From Lobosporangium transversale (Eukaryota): a stretch of DNA of 64,000 bases. The notes below the pieces were generated by a model. It searched no databases, had not been told where the DNA came from, and saw only the letters and a program-made list of their open reading frames with translations. The stretch is from assembly GCF_002105155.1 (NCBI RefSeq), contig NW_019029001.1, forward strand, positions 496,001 through 560,000, in the 5' to 3' direction. Of this stretch, positions 21,076-35,214 are shown in pieces. The position numbers and the translations under genes were made by a program. Numbering within the stretch: the first letter of the stretch is position 1; every line of letters starts with the position of its first letter.

Positions 21076-21927
21076 GAATAGCTTCATGAACCTCTTCTTT
21101 TTGCATCCTGAAACCATAACTTAATGATCCCTGACAAGTAGGATCAACTTTACGGCACAAGTTTTTTTTGCAATCGTTTCTGATCACAGCGCTGCACTGC
21201 CACTACGTTTGACCCTTGTTGCTAAAAGAACTTGCTCTCACACATCTCACAATAGTTGGATAGAGCCTATCTCTTCTATTAAGCATTGATGTATTTACCA
21301 TTCCTGTTAATGTACAATGGTGTCTATCTCCTTTTCTGTCTTGAAAAGGCTTTTCCTTTGCAATACTGACGAGGTGTAATGCTGCAATAAAGATGAAGCT
21401 TATTGTAAACTCTATGACAACACACAGTGTCAAACGTAATATAAAAGGAAAACATCATAAAAACATATTGGGTGAAATGTATGTCGTAGCATATTCCATA
21501 TTCGTGTTAAAAAAAGTTTAAAAGAGACCCTGTTCTGGTGACATTCATGCACATTATTCTGGACTGCTTTGTGTTATTGTTATCCTTTTTTTTACACCAG
21601 GTTTATTTTTCTCTAAACCAGCAAGACATTGCCATTCAAACAAAAATACATTCAGGACTCACGAATTTACCATTTAACTCAAATAGACAATTAACACTCT
21701 ATTTGTTCAAGCACGTTCATCTGTTCATTCGCTCATTACAGCCAGACAACGACAAGTATTTGTAATTTTTTAAGGAAAAAGATTGATTCAGTTGTTGTTA
21801 GTAAAAGAGCGTTCATTCTAAACCTATAACATTTTCTTTACCCCCTCCACTTCCACTCCATTTTCTTGCTTTTATTACTTTAGAAATAACAGACAGCAAG
21901 GTGGGGGAAATTCCATTGTAAAGCAGT

Positions 21928-23871
21928 ATGATATCGCAACAGGGTGAGGGCTGGGGGTTTGAATGTGATTTGGACGCTATGGCACGGGAAGCTGGAGAAA
22001 GGCGATATCCACATAAAGATACCACACGACATAATACAAGTCGACACGCCATTAGCTCAAGGAATTGGCCAAACGGTAGTGATGTCAATTCAGAAGGCGA
22101 TCAGGAAGGATACAATTGGAGCCAGCAAAAAGAGGACGACATCTGGAACGATCCTCGTCAAGAGCGGTCGGTACAGATCGATACCGATAATGCATGGGGA
22201 GTAGATACTCACGGACCCTGGTCTGCAGCAGAGGGTTACAGGCATCCCGGCCGTCAAATGAGAGAAGTGGAGGAGGAGGAACCGGAGCCACTCGATGAGC
22301 TGACGAGCTATTGGGCGACCCCTTCTGTATATGACATCATTCGGCCACGCACAAAGCGTGCTCATGCGTTTTTCACAGAGGCCGGGCCTAGTAATGCACG
22401 CGAGAATGATGGCGACAACTGGGGAAGTGAGCCTAACCCTGTCATGACCTACAATGGGGATCAATATATCAGTGATGTGTTGATCGAGCAAAGCCAGCGT
22501 GAGTTTTGGGGCATGCGAAATGGTGAGTGGGTACTCTTGAACCACTCAACGGATACGAGAATAAGCCATAATCAGCAAAATGAACATGGGCTCGTCTCTT
22601 CTCCAGGCTATAGTCTTGAAAATTCTGACGAAGACGACTATTTTCCACAGGATTCACAGGATTCACAGGATTCACAGGATTCACAGGATTCACATGAGTC
22701 ATACAATTTCGACGAGGATGGGTTTGTTGAGGAAAGTGTTTGGAGAAAACCAAGAAGGATATTGAATGGTGATTTAGAAGAAGAGCGAGTAATGTCTGAT
22801 GATCGGAGCGGAAGTCCTGCTGACAAGGATAGCGAATCAAGTCCACGCTTGAAAGAACCACCAATAATCCCCACGGATCCTGATGACTGGGGACGTGCGC
22901 TGTGGGAGGCAAAATATTACCCTGATGAGGATGATGAGGATGATGAGGATGATGGAGATAGGGAAGTTGAGTCCAAAAAGCAGAATGATAATGGTCTAGC
23001 GCTAGCGACACAAGATGATAGTGATTTGGCAATACAGGATACTGGCTCAGTGGATTCACTTGCATACCTGAATTTCCAACGCCCCGCCAAATCCGAAAGC
23101 CCATCCGAAAGCTCAAGCGGAGGGAAGGGAGCTCCTGATACAAGCACTATAGATGTACCAAAAGATGGGGTGAGCCTTTGTAATGTCGGCATTCTTGTGG
23201 ACTTAACACCCTCACCCCCACTATCACCCACTCACTCGACCACCCAGCCTCTACAGATATCAGAATCAATCCTTGACTCGCTACTTGACTTGGGAAGTCC
23301 TCATGAATGGTTGAGCCAAATCGCGAAAAGGAATTCAGAACAATCTCAGGTGACTGAAGCTGACCACAAGAAAGAACAAGAGACATTGACGGGAAAACAA
23401 GAGGCATTGGCGGGAAAACAAGAAACATTGACAGGAAAAGAGGAGCAAGGCTTACAGGATATTAAAGGCTATATTGAGCAGGAAAGCATTACTATAATGG
23501 AAACGAAGGGCAGAGCTAAAGCCAAAGCCAAAGCCAAAGCCAAGGAGTCATTCACTCTCAGCGTTGTAGTGGAAACATGGGAATTTGGTCGACAAGAGAT
23601 TCGTATTAATGAGGTAAATGCCATGGGCTTAGATAAGGCGCTTTTTCTTTCCTTTTTCTTAACTACACCAATCGAATGCTTTAGCAATTAGCTTACTGCG
23701 TGTTTTATTATTTTGTCCAATTAGAGGGACGACTTGAAAGAGAAAGTAGACCGCTTTTGTGGACTATACAAGATGGAAGGTTATGAGATGGCACTGTGGG
23801 TAACAGTTGCGGGTGCGTTCAAGAAGAAGAAAAAACGACTTCGTCAACGAAAGCTGGGGTTGTTGCTTTAA
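21928..23871 (+). CDS. Hypothetical acidic, largely disordered protein, 2 exons
   Basis: Long ORF; GT-AG intron 23614-23724 joins in frame to RDDLKEKVDRFC...LLL*; internal SQD, QETLTGK and KA repeats. Confidence 0.75.
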
Positions 23872-26149
23872 TTACTAGACAGAAAATCCATTAAACATAT
23901 GGTTCTTAAGTGCTTTTGCTTCACCTTCTTATTGTTATCATTAGAGGTATAATATATTATGGCTCTGTCGTGATAAGCGTAATACATAAGCTCAACACTT
24001 TTAAGGAGCAAATGCGGATAAAAAATAAAAGAAAATTGGGTTCGAAGATTTTTGCACAAGCATAAATATGCAGACTTGTTTATTATAAGGTGAGGCTCCA
24101 TTTTTAAAACTATGGACGTTCTTTCGTCTATCCTATCAAGGGCTGGCAATCGCCTTACGGAGCTTGTATAAATATGTCTACCTACAGTACATGTACAATA
24201 CATTACATTTAAACAAACAAATAAACAAATAAAAAACCATCCGCGATCGTGCGACCAAGATTTATGCTCTCCTTATTCTAACTTTACTAGACCTATTGGG
24301 TAAAGGCTCTGCGTGTCTATTTAGTTCTATACTAAACTGAAGGAAACTGCCAGTTATCATCAGTATTTTTATATATTTATATGAGTCTTTTTTTTTGGGC
24401 ATTTGGGCACTGTGTGCTTGCGATGACCCAATTGAAGCGATCCAAAGGTTGCATTTATTTTTTAACTCAATTGTTTGTTGATAATCATGCGATGTGCCAT
24501 GAAGTACATGTGCATCTGCAAGCATAAAAAAAAATGACGCGTTTCCCACCCCACCATTTCAATGAGCATTCACTGCCAATAGTACGATTTGATGAAGCGT
24601 GACCTCATACCACGCAGAAGAGGCAGTACCAATCAGCACGCACGAAAGCTTTCTGACTATCCGTGAAAGCTTTCAAAAAAAAAAAAAAAAAAAAAACACT
24701 GCCGAGACAAGAGAACAGATCTGATTTGATGGAATTTCAAGCGGAGAAAATAACTCCTGGAAAGCAGGGAATTTTTGGGTCATAAAATGAATCTCGAGCT
24801 ACGGCCATAAGATAAAGGAGGATTCCCCCATAGGAGACACCTTCCGGGATGATAGATAGACAAGGTATACATAGAAAGTGTATTGTATATATATATATTG
24901 CATATATATACTGCCTATGTCGCGGAATGGCCATACATGGAGGGATAACAACACCATCATCATTATAAACAACAAAAATTTCATTCTTCAGCACCATTTG
25001 ATCATAACAGACACGGGAGACGCTCCAAGTGCTACGTTTTTTTTTCCTTCTCCCATTGCATTTTCTAAAAAAGAATCATGCATACCAGATACGAACAGAG
25101 AAGACACGCATTGAGGGATTGTGCGAAAATAAGCGAACGGTGGATTTGTCAAAACAAAGCATCGACTACATGTATAAATGTATATTATATATTTCTATAC
25201 TGATTGGATGTATTATTTACGTGGACAGGAACTGCCTTATTTTGAGATAAAATGGTTGGCCCAGATTGTTTCTAGAATGACAGCGTCAGCAGCCCAACAT
25301 AAACATAGCATTTTAAACATTGTCTTAGTTGTATCATTTTCATATGCTGTTGTCTTGTTTCAGGACAACTTGAAACACCGCCTCAATGGTCGCTAGTAGC
25401 GGGCGGATTTTCCCTCTATTATATATATACATATCGTCTTCCTTGAGAAAATGACCGTTCCTGACTTATTGAGGCACGAGAAGTTTCGCTGCTGAATCAT
25501 GTGCATCTAGTTGCGTTGTTTCTCTTGCCGTTCCATAAATGCAAGTATCTGCTAAAATTAAGTTAAATTTGAGACGAATCACGCGGAAGACATTCGCAGC
25601 AGGAATATGACAAATCCTAAGATGACACGTACAACTGATGCCAAAGCGGTGTATTTACACTACAATGTTTATTCTTATAGAGACGTAGGTTACCGCCTGC
25701 TGGCTTCTGGTACGCTTTATATATCCTCGTCCGTAAGGTTAATTGGGTCATCGGAATTTTAATACGTCCACCAAATACCACCGAATAGTACCAGAATAGG
25801 CCACACTACCTCTGGTACACCAGCGAAAATCAATCTGGAAGCGATCAAGGCGGAAGATGGCCAAAGTATTGCATGGAGCTATTAGCAGTAATGCGAGCCA
25901 ACAATTTGGAGTATGTCATTTTTTGGTGACTGAAGACTGCGGCTAGATGATATTTCCACAATAGGCCAAGTAGGAAGCGAGATCTTTTACAAATTTTGTA
26001 GGAAACGGGCTCCCGCTCATACTGGCGCGTTTTGCGGATAGGATGCTGATAACGACCAGACTATTAGAATATATTTATAAAACCTGGTACCAATATGTAT
26101 ATATTTGCTGTCCAGCTCGTTTGATGAGTGCTATGTTTTTTGAATAGTC

Positions 26150-26455
26150 TTGAATGTATTGAGAGCCAATCATTTCCCTTGTTACAAGCTCATCGCGGGC
26201 GGTGAAATATCAAAATCAGCCACCAAAGCAATTCAACCATCATTTTTTGAATAGGAAATAAAAGAATCACTGACCAAACGAGATGGAGTATATCATAATA
26301 TTGTCGGTCAATTCGATAGCAATACATTTCGGAGTTTCGTAAGATTAGTAAGTTGTATACTTTTAATCAAAATCACTGATTGAATTGATTTGGTGGCTAA
26401 CTTTTTACATTTCCACTGTCCGCGGTGGGCTTGCAAATTGACTCAAAATACAAAT
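26150..26455. mobile_element. Old degenerate MITE-like inverted repeat
   Basis: CAAGCTCATCGCGGGCGGTGAAA..CAGCCACCAAAGCAATTCAA (26185-26237) is an imperfect reverse complement of 26377-26435. Confidence 0.55.
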
Positions 26456-27614
26456 GAATTACTACCCAAATCGGACGGGGCGTACATAAAAAAAAGCAAA
26501 AAGGAAAAAAAGCATGAAGGGGCAGAGCGCTATGATAGCATAGTGCAGGCCTAGATTTCTATTACATGTCCCAGTCTAAAAAGAAAAACTGTAATAGCAA
26601 TTGACAGGCTGTCTGTTAAGCATAAAACGGAAAAACAGGTCACAGTGCTTAACTATAGACTATTTCCCCAAATGACTGAGCAAAACTTGAGAATCGCTCC
26701 ACGAAGTAAAGGTGAGCGGATGAAAAAATGAACAAAAGAAAGGAAAAAAGAAAGGAAGAAATAATAGGTGGATGTCCAATCTAGTCAAATACATGAATAT
26801 AACAAGTCATGGACAATTAAAAACTAACGTTATTAATAATATCGTGTACATGATTTATGCTACAAAGAAGTTATAGAAAAGCACTTAGGTGGCCTCTATT
26901 CCTCATAGTCTATATGCTATTGAAGTCATGCTAGTCACTATATTCAGGTGAATTCTCTCTTTTTTTAATGCGCTTGAAATTTTTTGGACTTCAAAAAGTA
27001 GCAATTTGTCTGGTCCTATAGGCATCGGTTCAGGTGCAAAATTCTATTTATCCATTCAAACCTTTCTTAGAGTTTGAAAGAAAGCTTGTGTATCTATTTT
27101 TCACTGTATCCAAAACAAAGTGTCGGGAAGCCGAATTTTGGAACAAACAGAGAGTTGATCAATTGCTATCCTCAATTCCTGGCTTCCTCATCCATAAACC
27201 TCAATACTGTTGGAGCAAAGGCAGGTTAAAGTAAGTGTAAAACTCGGTACGTATTTGCTGTGATAAGCGCAGTGACATAGTAATTGAGATAGGAGGCGAC
27301 AAGACAGAATAGTTGAATACATCTCATCACTAGTCGAAGATTGTACCGGGACCCTTCTTTTTTTCTTTTTATTTTTTATTTTTATCGGTGTTTGTGTATA
27401 GTTCTATATACGATTAGTCCGCAAGAACACCACAACAAGCAAGCATAAAATTGGCCTTGTTTGTCAAAGGAGAGACGAAACAATCATGCTGAGTTGACCG
27501 AGGAAAACCCAACACGCCAACTCGGCAAACACCCAGTTTCCCGCACCAACCCCTCAAAAAATCAAATAAAAGAACATATTAAATACATATATATATATAT
27601 ATATATATACTATG

Positions 27615-27994
27615 TAGGCTCGGTGCCATCCTGTCTGCAAAGCGGCAAGCCACCAATCACCGTTCCATAAATGGAAGGCGGGCTCTCTACTTTGCAGACA
27701 GGCTGGTCTCATATCGAAATTTTTTGAGGGAGCGCTCAAAAAGGAAAGGTTATATTTTCTCAATTAGAATAGCAAACCAATTCAATCCGCGCGCTTGAAC
27801 ATGAGGCTTTGTTCTTGAAGTTCTTCGATTGAATTGAGTTTACTATTTTAAAAATATAACCTTTCCTTTTTGAGCGCTCCCTCAAAAAATTTCGATTTGA
27901 GACCAGCCTGTCTGCAAAGTAGAGAGCCCGCCTTCCATTTATGGAACGGTGATTGGTGGCTTGCCGCTTTGCAGACAGGATGGCACCGAGCCTA
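27615..27994. mobile_element. 380-bp MITE with ~145-bp near-perfect TIRs and a 9-bp TSD (Mutator-like)
   Basis: TAGGCTCGGTGCC... / ...GGCACCGAGCCTA; TATACTATG duplicated at 27606-27614 and 27995-28003. Confidence 0.92.
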
Positions 27995-29137
27995 TATACT
28001 ATGAGCATTACTTTGATGTAACCGCAATTTGGCTAGTTCCTTTTTTCAAGAATGAGATCAAAATAAGCATTTTTTTGTATCATTCCCGAGAAAACAATTT
28101 GACTGATGCGAGACTTAGTCTGTGTTGTATCAGTATCACTCGGCCAGAAGGAGTTTTTATTTATTTATTGGTCAAAATCAAAGCCTTGGTATATATGGGC
28201 CCAATCGATTGATTACCTGCATGACATTTCTTTGATTTGCTCCTTTTCCTCAACAACACTGAGCTTCGTTCGACTTACGCCCTGACTCGGTCTAGTCCTC
28301 CTGATCTGATTTGTGTTGATATGACACGTACTAAAAAGGAAATCACGTTCAATGGCTGTGCGGTTGTCTTCCTTCAAGTGCAAAAAATTCTTTTTATGCA
28401 TTGAGGAAAGACCATCACCGCCAATTATAGTCACATGATCTCTACAGCCTAAAAAAAAACCCTTGAATTGCGCATCTCGTTCATCTCTAGCTACCGTAAT
28501 TCTTTTCATCTATACCACCCTCAACCAGAATCAATGCTATCATCAAACAACAGTACATCTGGCAATATGTTATGCAGAGCCAGCATTTCCATATTGACGC
28601 GCTCTGCTACACCCATTCCCGCGTCAACCTCGTGCTACGGTACATGAATCAGAGAAGTCAACGGTATCTCGCCGTCACATACTCCACTCTTGGCTCCTCG
28701 ACCAGTTATCATGCCGTGTGATATTACTTCTGGCACGTTCAATACGAAATGAAAATATTAAGTAATCACCTAAGATAGGAAAGGGTAAATATACCTATTG
28801 ATTGGATAAGGATTAACGACAGCTGACAGAAACTTCACCTTATTCAACTAACACAAGACAAAAGAGTGACCGACGTTCGAAAGGAAATCGTAGCTTTGGT
28901 CAATGAGAATTCCGTCACTAGTTGATGTCAAGCCAAGAATTCAGTATATCGGGCAGAGATTCAGAGAAGTGAAGAATATAGCCAACAATATAGGTGAAGG
29001 TGATGCCAAGGAGAGACCGTTTAATCATAGAATTGATGTCAGCTGCCCTTTCTACCGCGGCTTACATGTAGTGTTTTCAAGTTGCCCTTCCACCAACTCC
29101 CCTCCCTCCTCTGCAATCAACCAACCTTAGTTCTGAA

Positions 29138-30060
29138 ATGTCTGACAGCGACTCAGATAATAAATTTGATGATGTGATTGAATGAAATGGATATTGTTGA
29201 ATTCCATGGTAAGACTACTGTTGATCATACGCATTCTATTCTCTGGAATAACCATATACAATATGCTTATGAAGAAGCTTAAGGTGGATACTGGAAGCGC
29301 AAGAAAGATGCTAGAGACTAAGGGAGAGAGAAACTTGAGGGTAGGGACATCAGATCTAAATATGAGTTTGGCGAGTCATGAGAATTTTCTAATGGAAAGA
29401 GAAGGGCACTATATCCACAAATTTGAACCATTCGATGCAGAGTTTATAACAAGGAGAAAGAATATTAAGCCTAGTCTCAAGCAAGGATACAACGACAGGG
29501 CTACGAGAAGATCGCAGCATTTGAGGAAAAAAGTCGGCATAGGAAGAATCTCGAGTCAAATTGATGCGCGGGATCCCGGAACTCAGGGTCAAGTTGCAAT
29601 TTGCAGGCACAAAATAAAAAATAAAAAGAATTTATCCTCATTACATAATAAACTAGGAGAAGAAAGGGCGATGATGAAAAGCCTTATCTTCAAGTGCTTC
29701 AGATCATCCACCATGTCAAATTTGTTCTCGCAAAGCCGAGCAAAGTTGAGCAATGGACGCAAAAATCTATACCGAAGCCTACTAAATACCCTTCTTCCTG
29801 CAGATTTGGATGAGCGTGCTTGATGACAGCATAAGCGGGTCCATTTAAGGTGTTGAGTCTAGCTTCAATTATATTAGGACCCTTGTGCCTGGCTATCAAA
29901 ATAGGACACGGTTCGAGTATTTGTTGAGAAGAGCACTCGATTGCACGGACCCAAAGATCGCCTTTAGCGAATGTATACATGTACCCTGAACACGCAACAT
30001 TTCATATCGCGAATACTTCGAACATAAGGGTGAGATAGGCACTCAAAAACTCGGCCTCAG
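29138..30060 (+). pseudogene. Degenerate coding relic of unknown origin
   Basis: Overlapping coding-like frames with stops and frameshifts (213-aa ORF 29182-29823); no motif recognised. Confidence 0.3.
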
Positions 30061-33000
30061 ATTGGTGAAAGTAACATGATGTGATGTGAAATCTTTTATG
30101 GTTATGACGGATCAATAAGTAGAGGATTGTCTTAATAGAACAAATTGCTGGAATGTTTTCTGAGTTGAATATCCGGAGGACCTTTTAAAGAATGATATTA
30201 ATCCCATGTGGATTTCCATCACTAATAAAGAAAAAAAGTGGTAGAATGTTTGTAGTGATATAGATATATATTTATACCCACAGTGGCTCATTTATTCGAA
30301 ATGGTTGTGCACTAAGGGGAAGGCGCTGCACACACCATCCCATTCTTCTTTTGATATCATGATGTTGTTTAAGGGTAAAAGGGGGAACCACATCCCTCAT
30401 AGTCATCCAAATAAATAAAATCCCCGTAGTTAACGCGTTTGTGTCACCGGACAGAGGCGCAGCAAAGATAGTTCACACTAACAAGCTTTTATTCTGATAT
30501 CGATGGAATGGTGTTATCATAAACACGAACTATCCCTTCATCAGACTATTGCATTTTATGCTAATGGAAACGAGAAAGTGGATGCGCACAAGCATTTGCT
30601 CGTCGTTAGTTTTCAACAAATACAAAAAATGAAGGTTCTAAAGCGGCATAGTCAATAAACGATGGGCGGTAGCACACTGTTGCGATTATTGACTATCGAT
30701 GGATGGTGTTACTTGTGATTCAGCTCCACTATATTCAAAGTATTAAGACGTCGCTGTCAAGCTCTTTTACATGCAGGTACACAAAAAGATAATATAATAG
30801 GTGTTTGATCGAAGCCTTTTTTATAAGCAATGCACAGCCGTGTGTGTCTGAAAATACTTTCATTTTCGTCCTTGTACATGTTGCACATGGGCCTACATGT
30901 GTCACTAAACACAATGGTACGATTCAGGTTTTTGCTGATTGGTAAAAAGTAAATGAAAATGGTGATGAAAAAGATTACGCCTCTTGGCGTATAAACAAAA
31001 AACCGCGATCAAGTGATTGAATGGTTCCCATTTCACCACAAGTTTTTTTTTTTTTTTTTTTTTTTTTTGGAAATGAAGGATGAAGAAAATATAGGTCTTT
31101 CGTGTGTTTAGCCATGCGGTTCATGTAGATGATAATACGATGTCTTTTTTTTTTTTTTTTTTTTTTTTTTTGCTTACCATGTTCGCTTATCTTGTTTTTG
31201 GTAGAGAGATGGAGCACATTTTATTATTATTCTACTTGTCGCTTTCTTTCATAAATAAAAAAGACATCGTTATCACGCAAGGCGATAGAAAAGAACAGGC
31301 GTCGTGAGCGTAGACTGCGCTAAAGATAAGGATAAGTACGTTTCGACTGTACCTTTGTTGGCTATTAATTCCCTATGGAGTCTTGGTATAGTAACCATCA
31401 TGTGAGTAAATCCAACATAGACGTTGACAATAGTTGGTTTATATATTTGTATATACATTTATCATTTAAAACTATGCCAAAAAAAAAAAAAAGAAAAAAA
31501 AAAAAAGGAGAAATTAAACTGCAATGCATGCGTTGTTAGACTACAATGAGTTGGTACCTGTTAACCACACCGTGGAGATATATATTTGTATAAGCAGTTC
31601 ACAAATAACACCATGTGAGAGCGTCCAAAAACCAACAGAGGATCGCCCTTCCAGAGCAACTTTTTTTTTTTTTTTTTTTTTTTTTTGCGACATATCGCGC
31701 TAGAGCCTGACAGGCATGTACTGATTTTGAGTTCTCACCCCTCATTCTTTTCTATCCATCCATCCCTTAAATTTTTTTTTTTTCCAGCTGTCCAACAGCG
31801 TCTGTGCTATGTGTGGTTCGATCAGGGTTCCGGACGCGCTTTTTGAGTAGTAGGAACATCTGCATATTGAGCACAATCCCAGAAAGAAATGGTTGTTCGG
31901 ATGCAGCTCAGGGGCCACAAGTAAGTTTTAGTGGAGGAAGTGAAGAGTGATGACAAGAGACGAGGGGGTGATGTCTAACAAGTGCATTAATGATTCGTAC
32001 TCTCTCTCCGCCTCGCCCCTTACAGCCAAATCAAAGAGGCGAATGAACGAAGACAGCTTTTCCATCAAATCTGGAAGACTCTCAATGCGATGGCCCTCAA
32101 AGCTTTAGGACCAAGTACTGATAGTCCGTGAACCTTTTTTTAGTTTAGTGCTTACTATCCCGATTTTGGTTTTCCTGATACAATGAAGTCTATTTTTTTT
32201 TTTTACTTTCTCTCCTGAATGAATGTAGTCTTGTTTATCAATTAATGTGCGTAGAGAAACAAGCTTTATTTTGAAAAATTGCGAACGAATAAGGCGAAGT
32301 GATGGAAGCAAGAGAAAATAAAGGAACTTACAATAAGTGCCAAGTGCTCAAGCTATAGATACTTGATAGGATTGTAAGTATGATCAAAATTAAGACTGGT
32401 GAAGCTTTCATTTCCGACATGTTCATTTAGTATTTTGACTTGAATAGATCTTGCATCAAATCGAGAGAGAATAAAATAAAGCTCTTAAATCAATACATGT
32501 AGTTTGCCAAAGTATTTAACGATAGTATATAACAAAAAAAAAAGTTCTTATTCTAAAGGGTTAGGAATGTATTCTTCATTTATTTTATTTGCTTATTTAT
32601 TTCACTCATTACCCTTAAACTCATTTATTTTTTTTATTTTTATTTTTTATTTTTTTCGTGTTTGTTTTCTACTTTATGCACCCGTATGTGTGCATATGCG
32701 TTCAAAGAAAGAGGAAAGGTGATGGAGTTGAGCATTCTAGGCTTTGAAGTATCACTCAATACTCTTCACAGCACCTGGCCATTTACTATTAACTGCCGTT
32801 CTCATTTCTTCCTCTCAATTCCCATCCTATGCTGGACACGAATGTTCTAGTGTAAAAAACGAACGTTACTTGAACAAACCGCATGCGTGGGAAGGGAAAC
32901 AGTGGTCTATTTCGGTTGTCTGCTAATTTTTTTTTTTTGTAAAATTGTACACAAAACCGCGGCATGAAGAGATAACAGAGTTTTATATGCTGAGGCCTTT

Positions 33001-35214
33001 GCGTCAAGACAAGGCATTCAGATTGATCCATCAAAAGAAAACAAACAAACAAACAAAAAAAAAAAAGAAAGCTTCATCTGTGTGTATCACAGCACTGTCC
33101 CAAAAAGAAAAGACGCGAGTGCGAAAAACACCCTCACCCACAGCTATACTCCACTCTAATGTCCATTCATTTGCGACTATTCATTCTCCATTGTGACTCC
33201 CCTTCCTTCCCCTGGTTGTATAATTTTCCATTTAACCATATTCAGTTCTTTACCATTCAATACTCTACAATCCACTATGTATAATCGTTGTTTGTCCTTG
33301 GTTGCATTTCGTGGGCCACACAACCTCTCTTTCATGTCGTGCTCTCATCTATTTTTTTTTTTTTTTTTTTTTGCCCTCTTTCTTGAGTCTATCCACACTG
33401 TCAAGTCTTTGCTCCCATAGTCATTGAGGTGGGAGCAATAAAAAAAATATGAGAGGGACGGCGAGCCTTATAAATCTGTACGTTATATGCTTCCTCCAGC
33501 TGGCCTTTGCTTTTCTCTCTTTTCTTTTTACTTTGGAAGTTTCGCTTCATACATTTTATTCATTCATATCCTCCGTTTACAACTCTTTTAGTCTACATTG
33601 CATTGTATCCTCTTTCACTTCATCTTTTTCTCTTGGCGAAATCCTTTTGATTAATTGTTTTGTCTTCCCACGTCTCAGCAACGCCCAAACACCTTGTTTT
33701 GACTCCACAGTCGCCGTGTAAAAGTGGAGCACGGCTCTTGTTCACATCGAAATTAAAAATCAATTCGTCTGTTTAGCATCGTTATTCTTGTTATTGTTTC
33801 GCCTTCTATTCTTCTCTCACTCTTTTTCAAACGTTTCGTTCTAAAGAAAGCAAGAAGCAATAAGTGATTCGACCTCTTATTGGCTTCACTTTGACCACAA
33901 TATTAAAGTTTTTTTTTTCGGAACTTTTGCTGAAAGATACCTCTCATTTGTGTCCTGTCTTCCGATAAAACGGCCAAGAATTCAAGGTTCTATTCTGGAA
34001 ACAGTAAGGTTCTTAAAATGTATACATCGAACGTTTATACACCCACATTTTCGTTTGCATTCTGTATCTTTCTAGTTGGTTTTTTCATAATATCCTTCAC
34101 GGGTCCCAGAGAGGTCATATTGAAATGGGTGTTTAATTGCGTCTTTTTTCCTTTCTCTGTTTTGCCACTTGTGTTTTGTATTGCATCTTCTCCTGTGCTC
34201 CTGTAATCTGTGATACGTTGTCCATGCTCTTTATTTATTATTCTTATTTTAAGCTTGTACATAAAAAAAAACCATACATGAGTACTTGAGACCCTGCTTT
34301 GTCTTCTCTTCATCCTCATCCTCTGGGCATCCACGCGTGTTCTGTGTCAAGTTCACCTCCATCTTCTCTTCTGCTACTAATCTATACTATTTTGGTGGGC
34401 TTGTTGTCAGTGGTTGTGAAGCCCACTGTTGACGGCCCGCATGAGGTGTGAATGGGCCATTTTACTGACACAGTGATACAAACATTTCAGATGCACGTTA
34501 CCCACATGCAACTACAAAGACTGCTCATTTTAAACATGGCCCAGGTGCTTTATTTTCATTTTGGTTTTTTTTTTTTTCCAAATTTTTTTTTTTTTTTCAT
34601 CCAAATTTTTTTTTCTGCTTCAGTCATTTAAGTTATTGGTATCGGCATCGGTACTTGTACCAGATGTAGTCCGATGAACTGTTTTTCTCTATTCTATCCC
34701 ATCTCTTTGTCATCTCTGTCCCACCATTGCATGCTCGCATCCTTGCACCCTGTCTCAAAGGAAAAGAGCTGTCAGTCCATACGTACAACAATCCAAACAT
34801 CGTTGCCTGCAGCGACAGGCGTTCTTTTTCCCATGACTCTTCCCCATGCATGTGTCTTTTTCTTTTTTTAACAACCCATCCTTCTCTTTTCTTTCTTTCC
34901 TCTCTCTTTCTTAATCACTTCCATCCACTTTTGCTAACCACGCTGCATCGTGCTAACCGTTACTCTTCTATTTTTTCTTTACTCTTGCTTCTCCTCCTCT
35001 CTTACCATCACCGTGCTTTACTTTCAAACACACTAGTTACTGCCACGACCAACGACTGCAGCTGGAAGGTTTCATTTACCACTTCCCATCCTCAATCACT
35101 TCGCTCAGGCCTCCTTTCCCCCTTCATATCAGACATTCCCATTTTCGATCGCTGTGTCTTTTGACCATAAGCATATTGTCATCAATCGAAAAGTACAGAT
35201 ACAATACCTATCCA

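Noticed and set aside
29540..29610. DPG motif as a TnpB/Fanzor RuvC-I
   Set aside because: Lacks the hydrophobic strand context, and no RuvC-II/III or zinc finger is seen downstream.
31795..31845. GGTTCGATC B-box-like motif in a short stem
   Set aside because: No cloverleaf, D-arm or anticodon arm.
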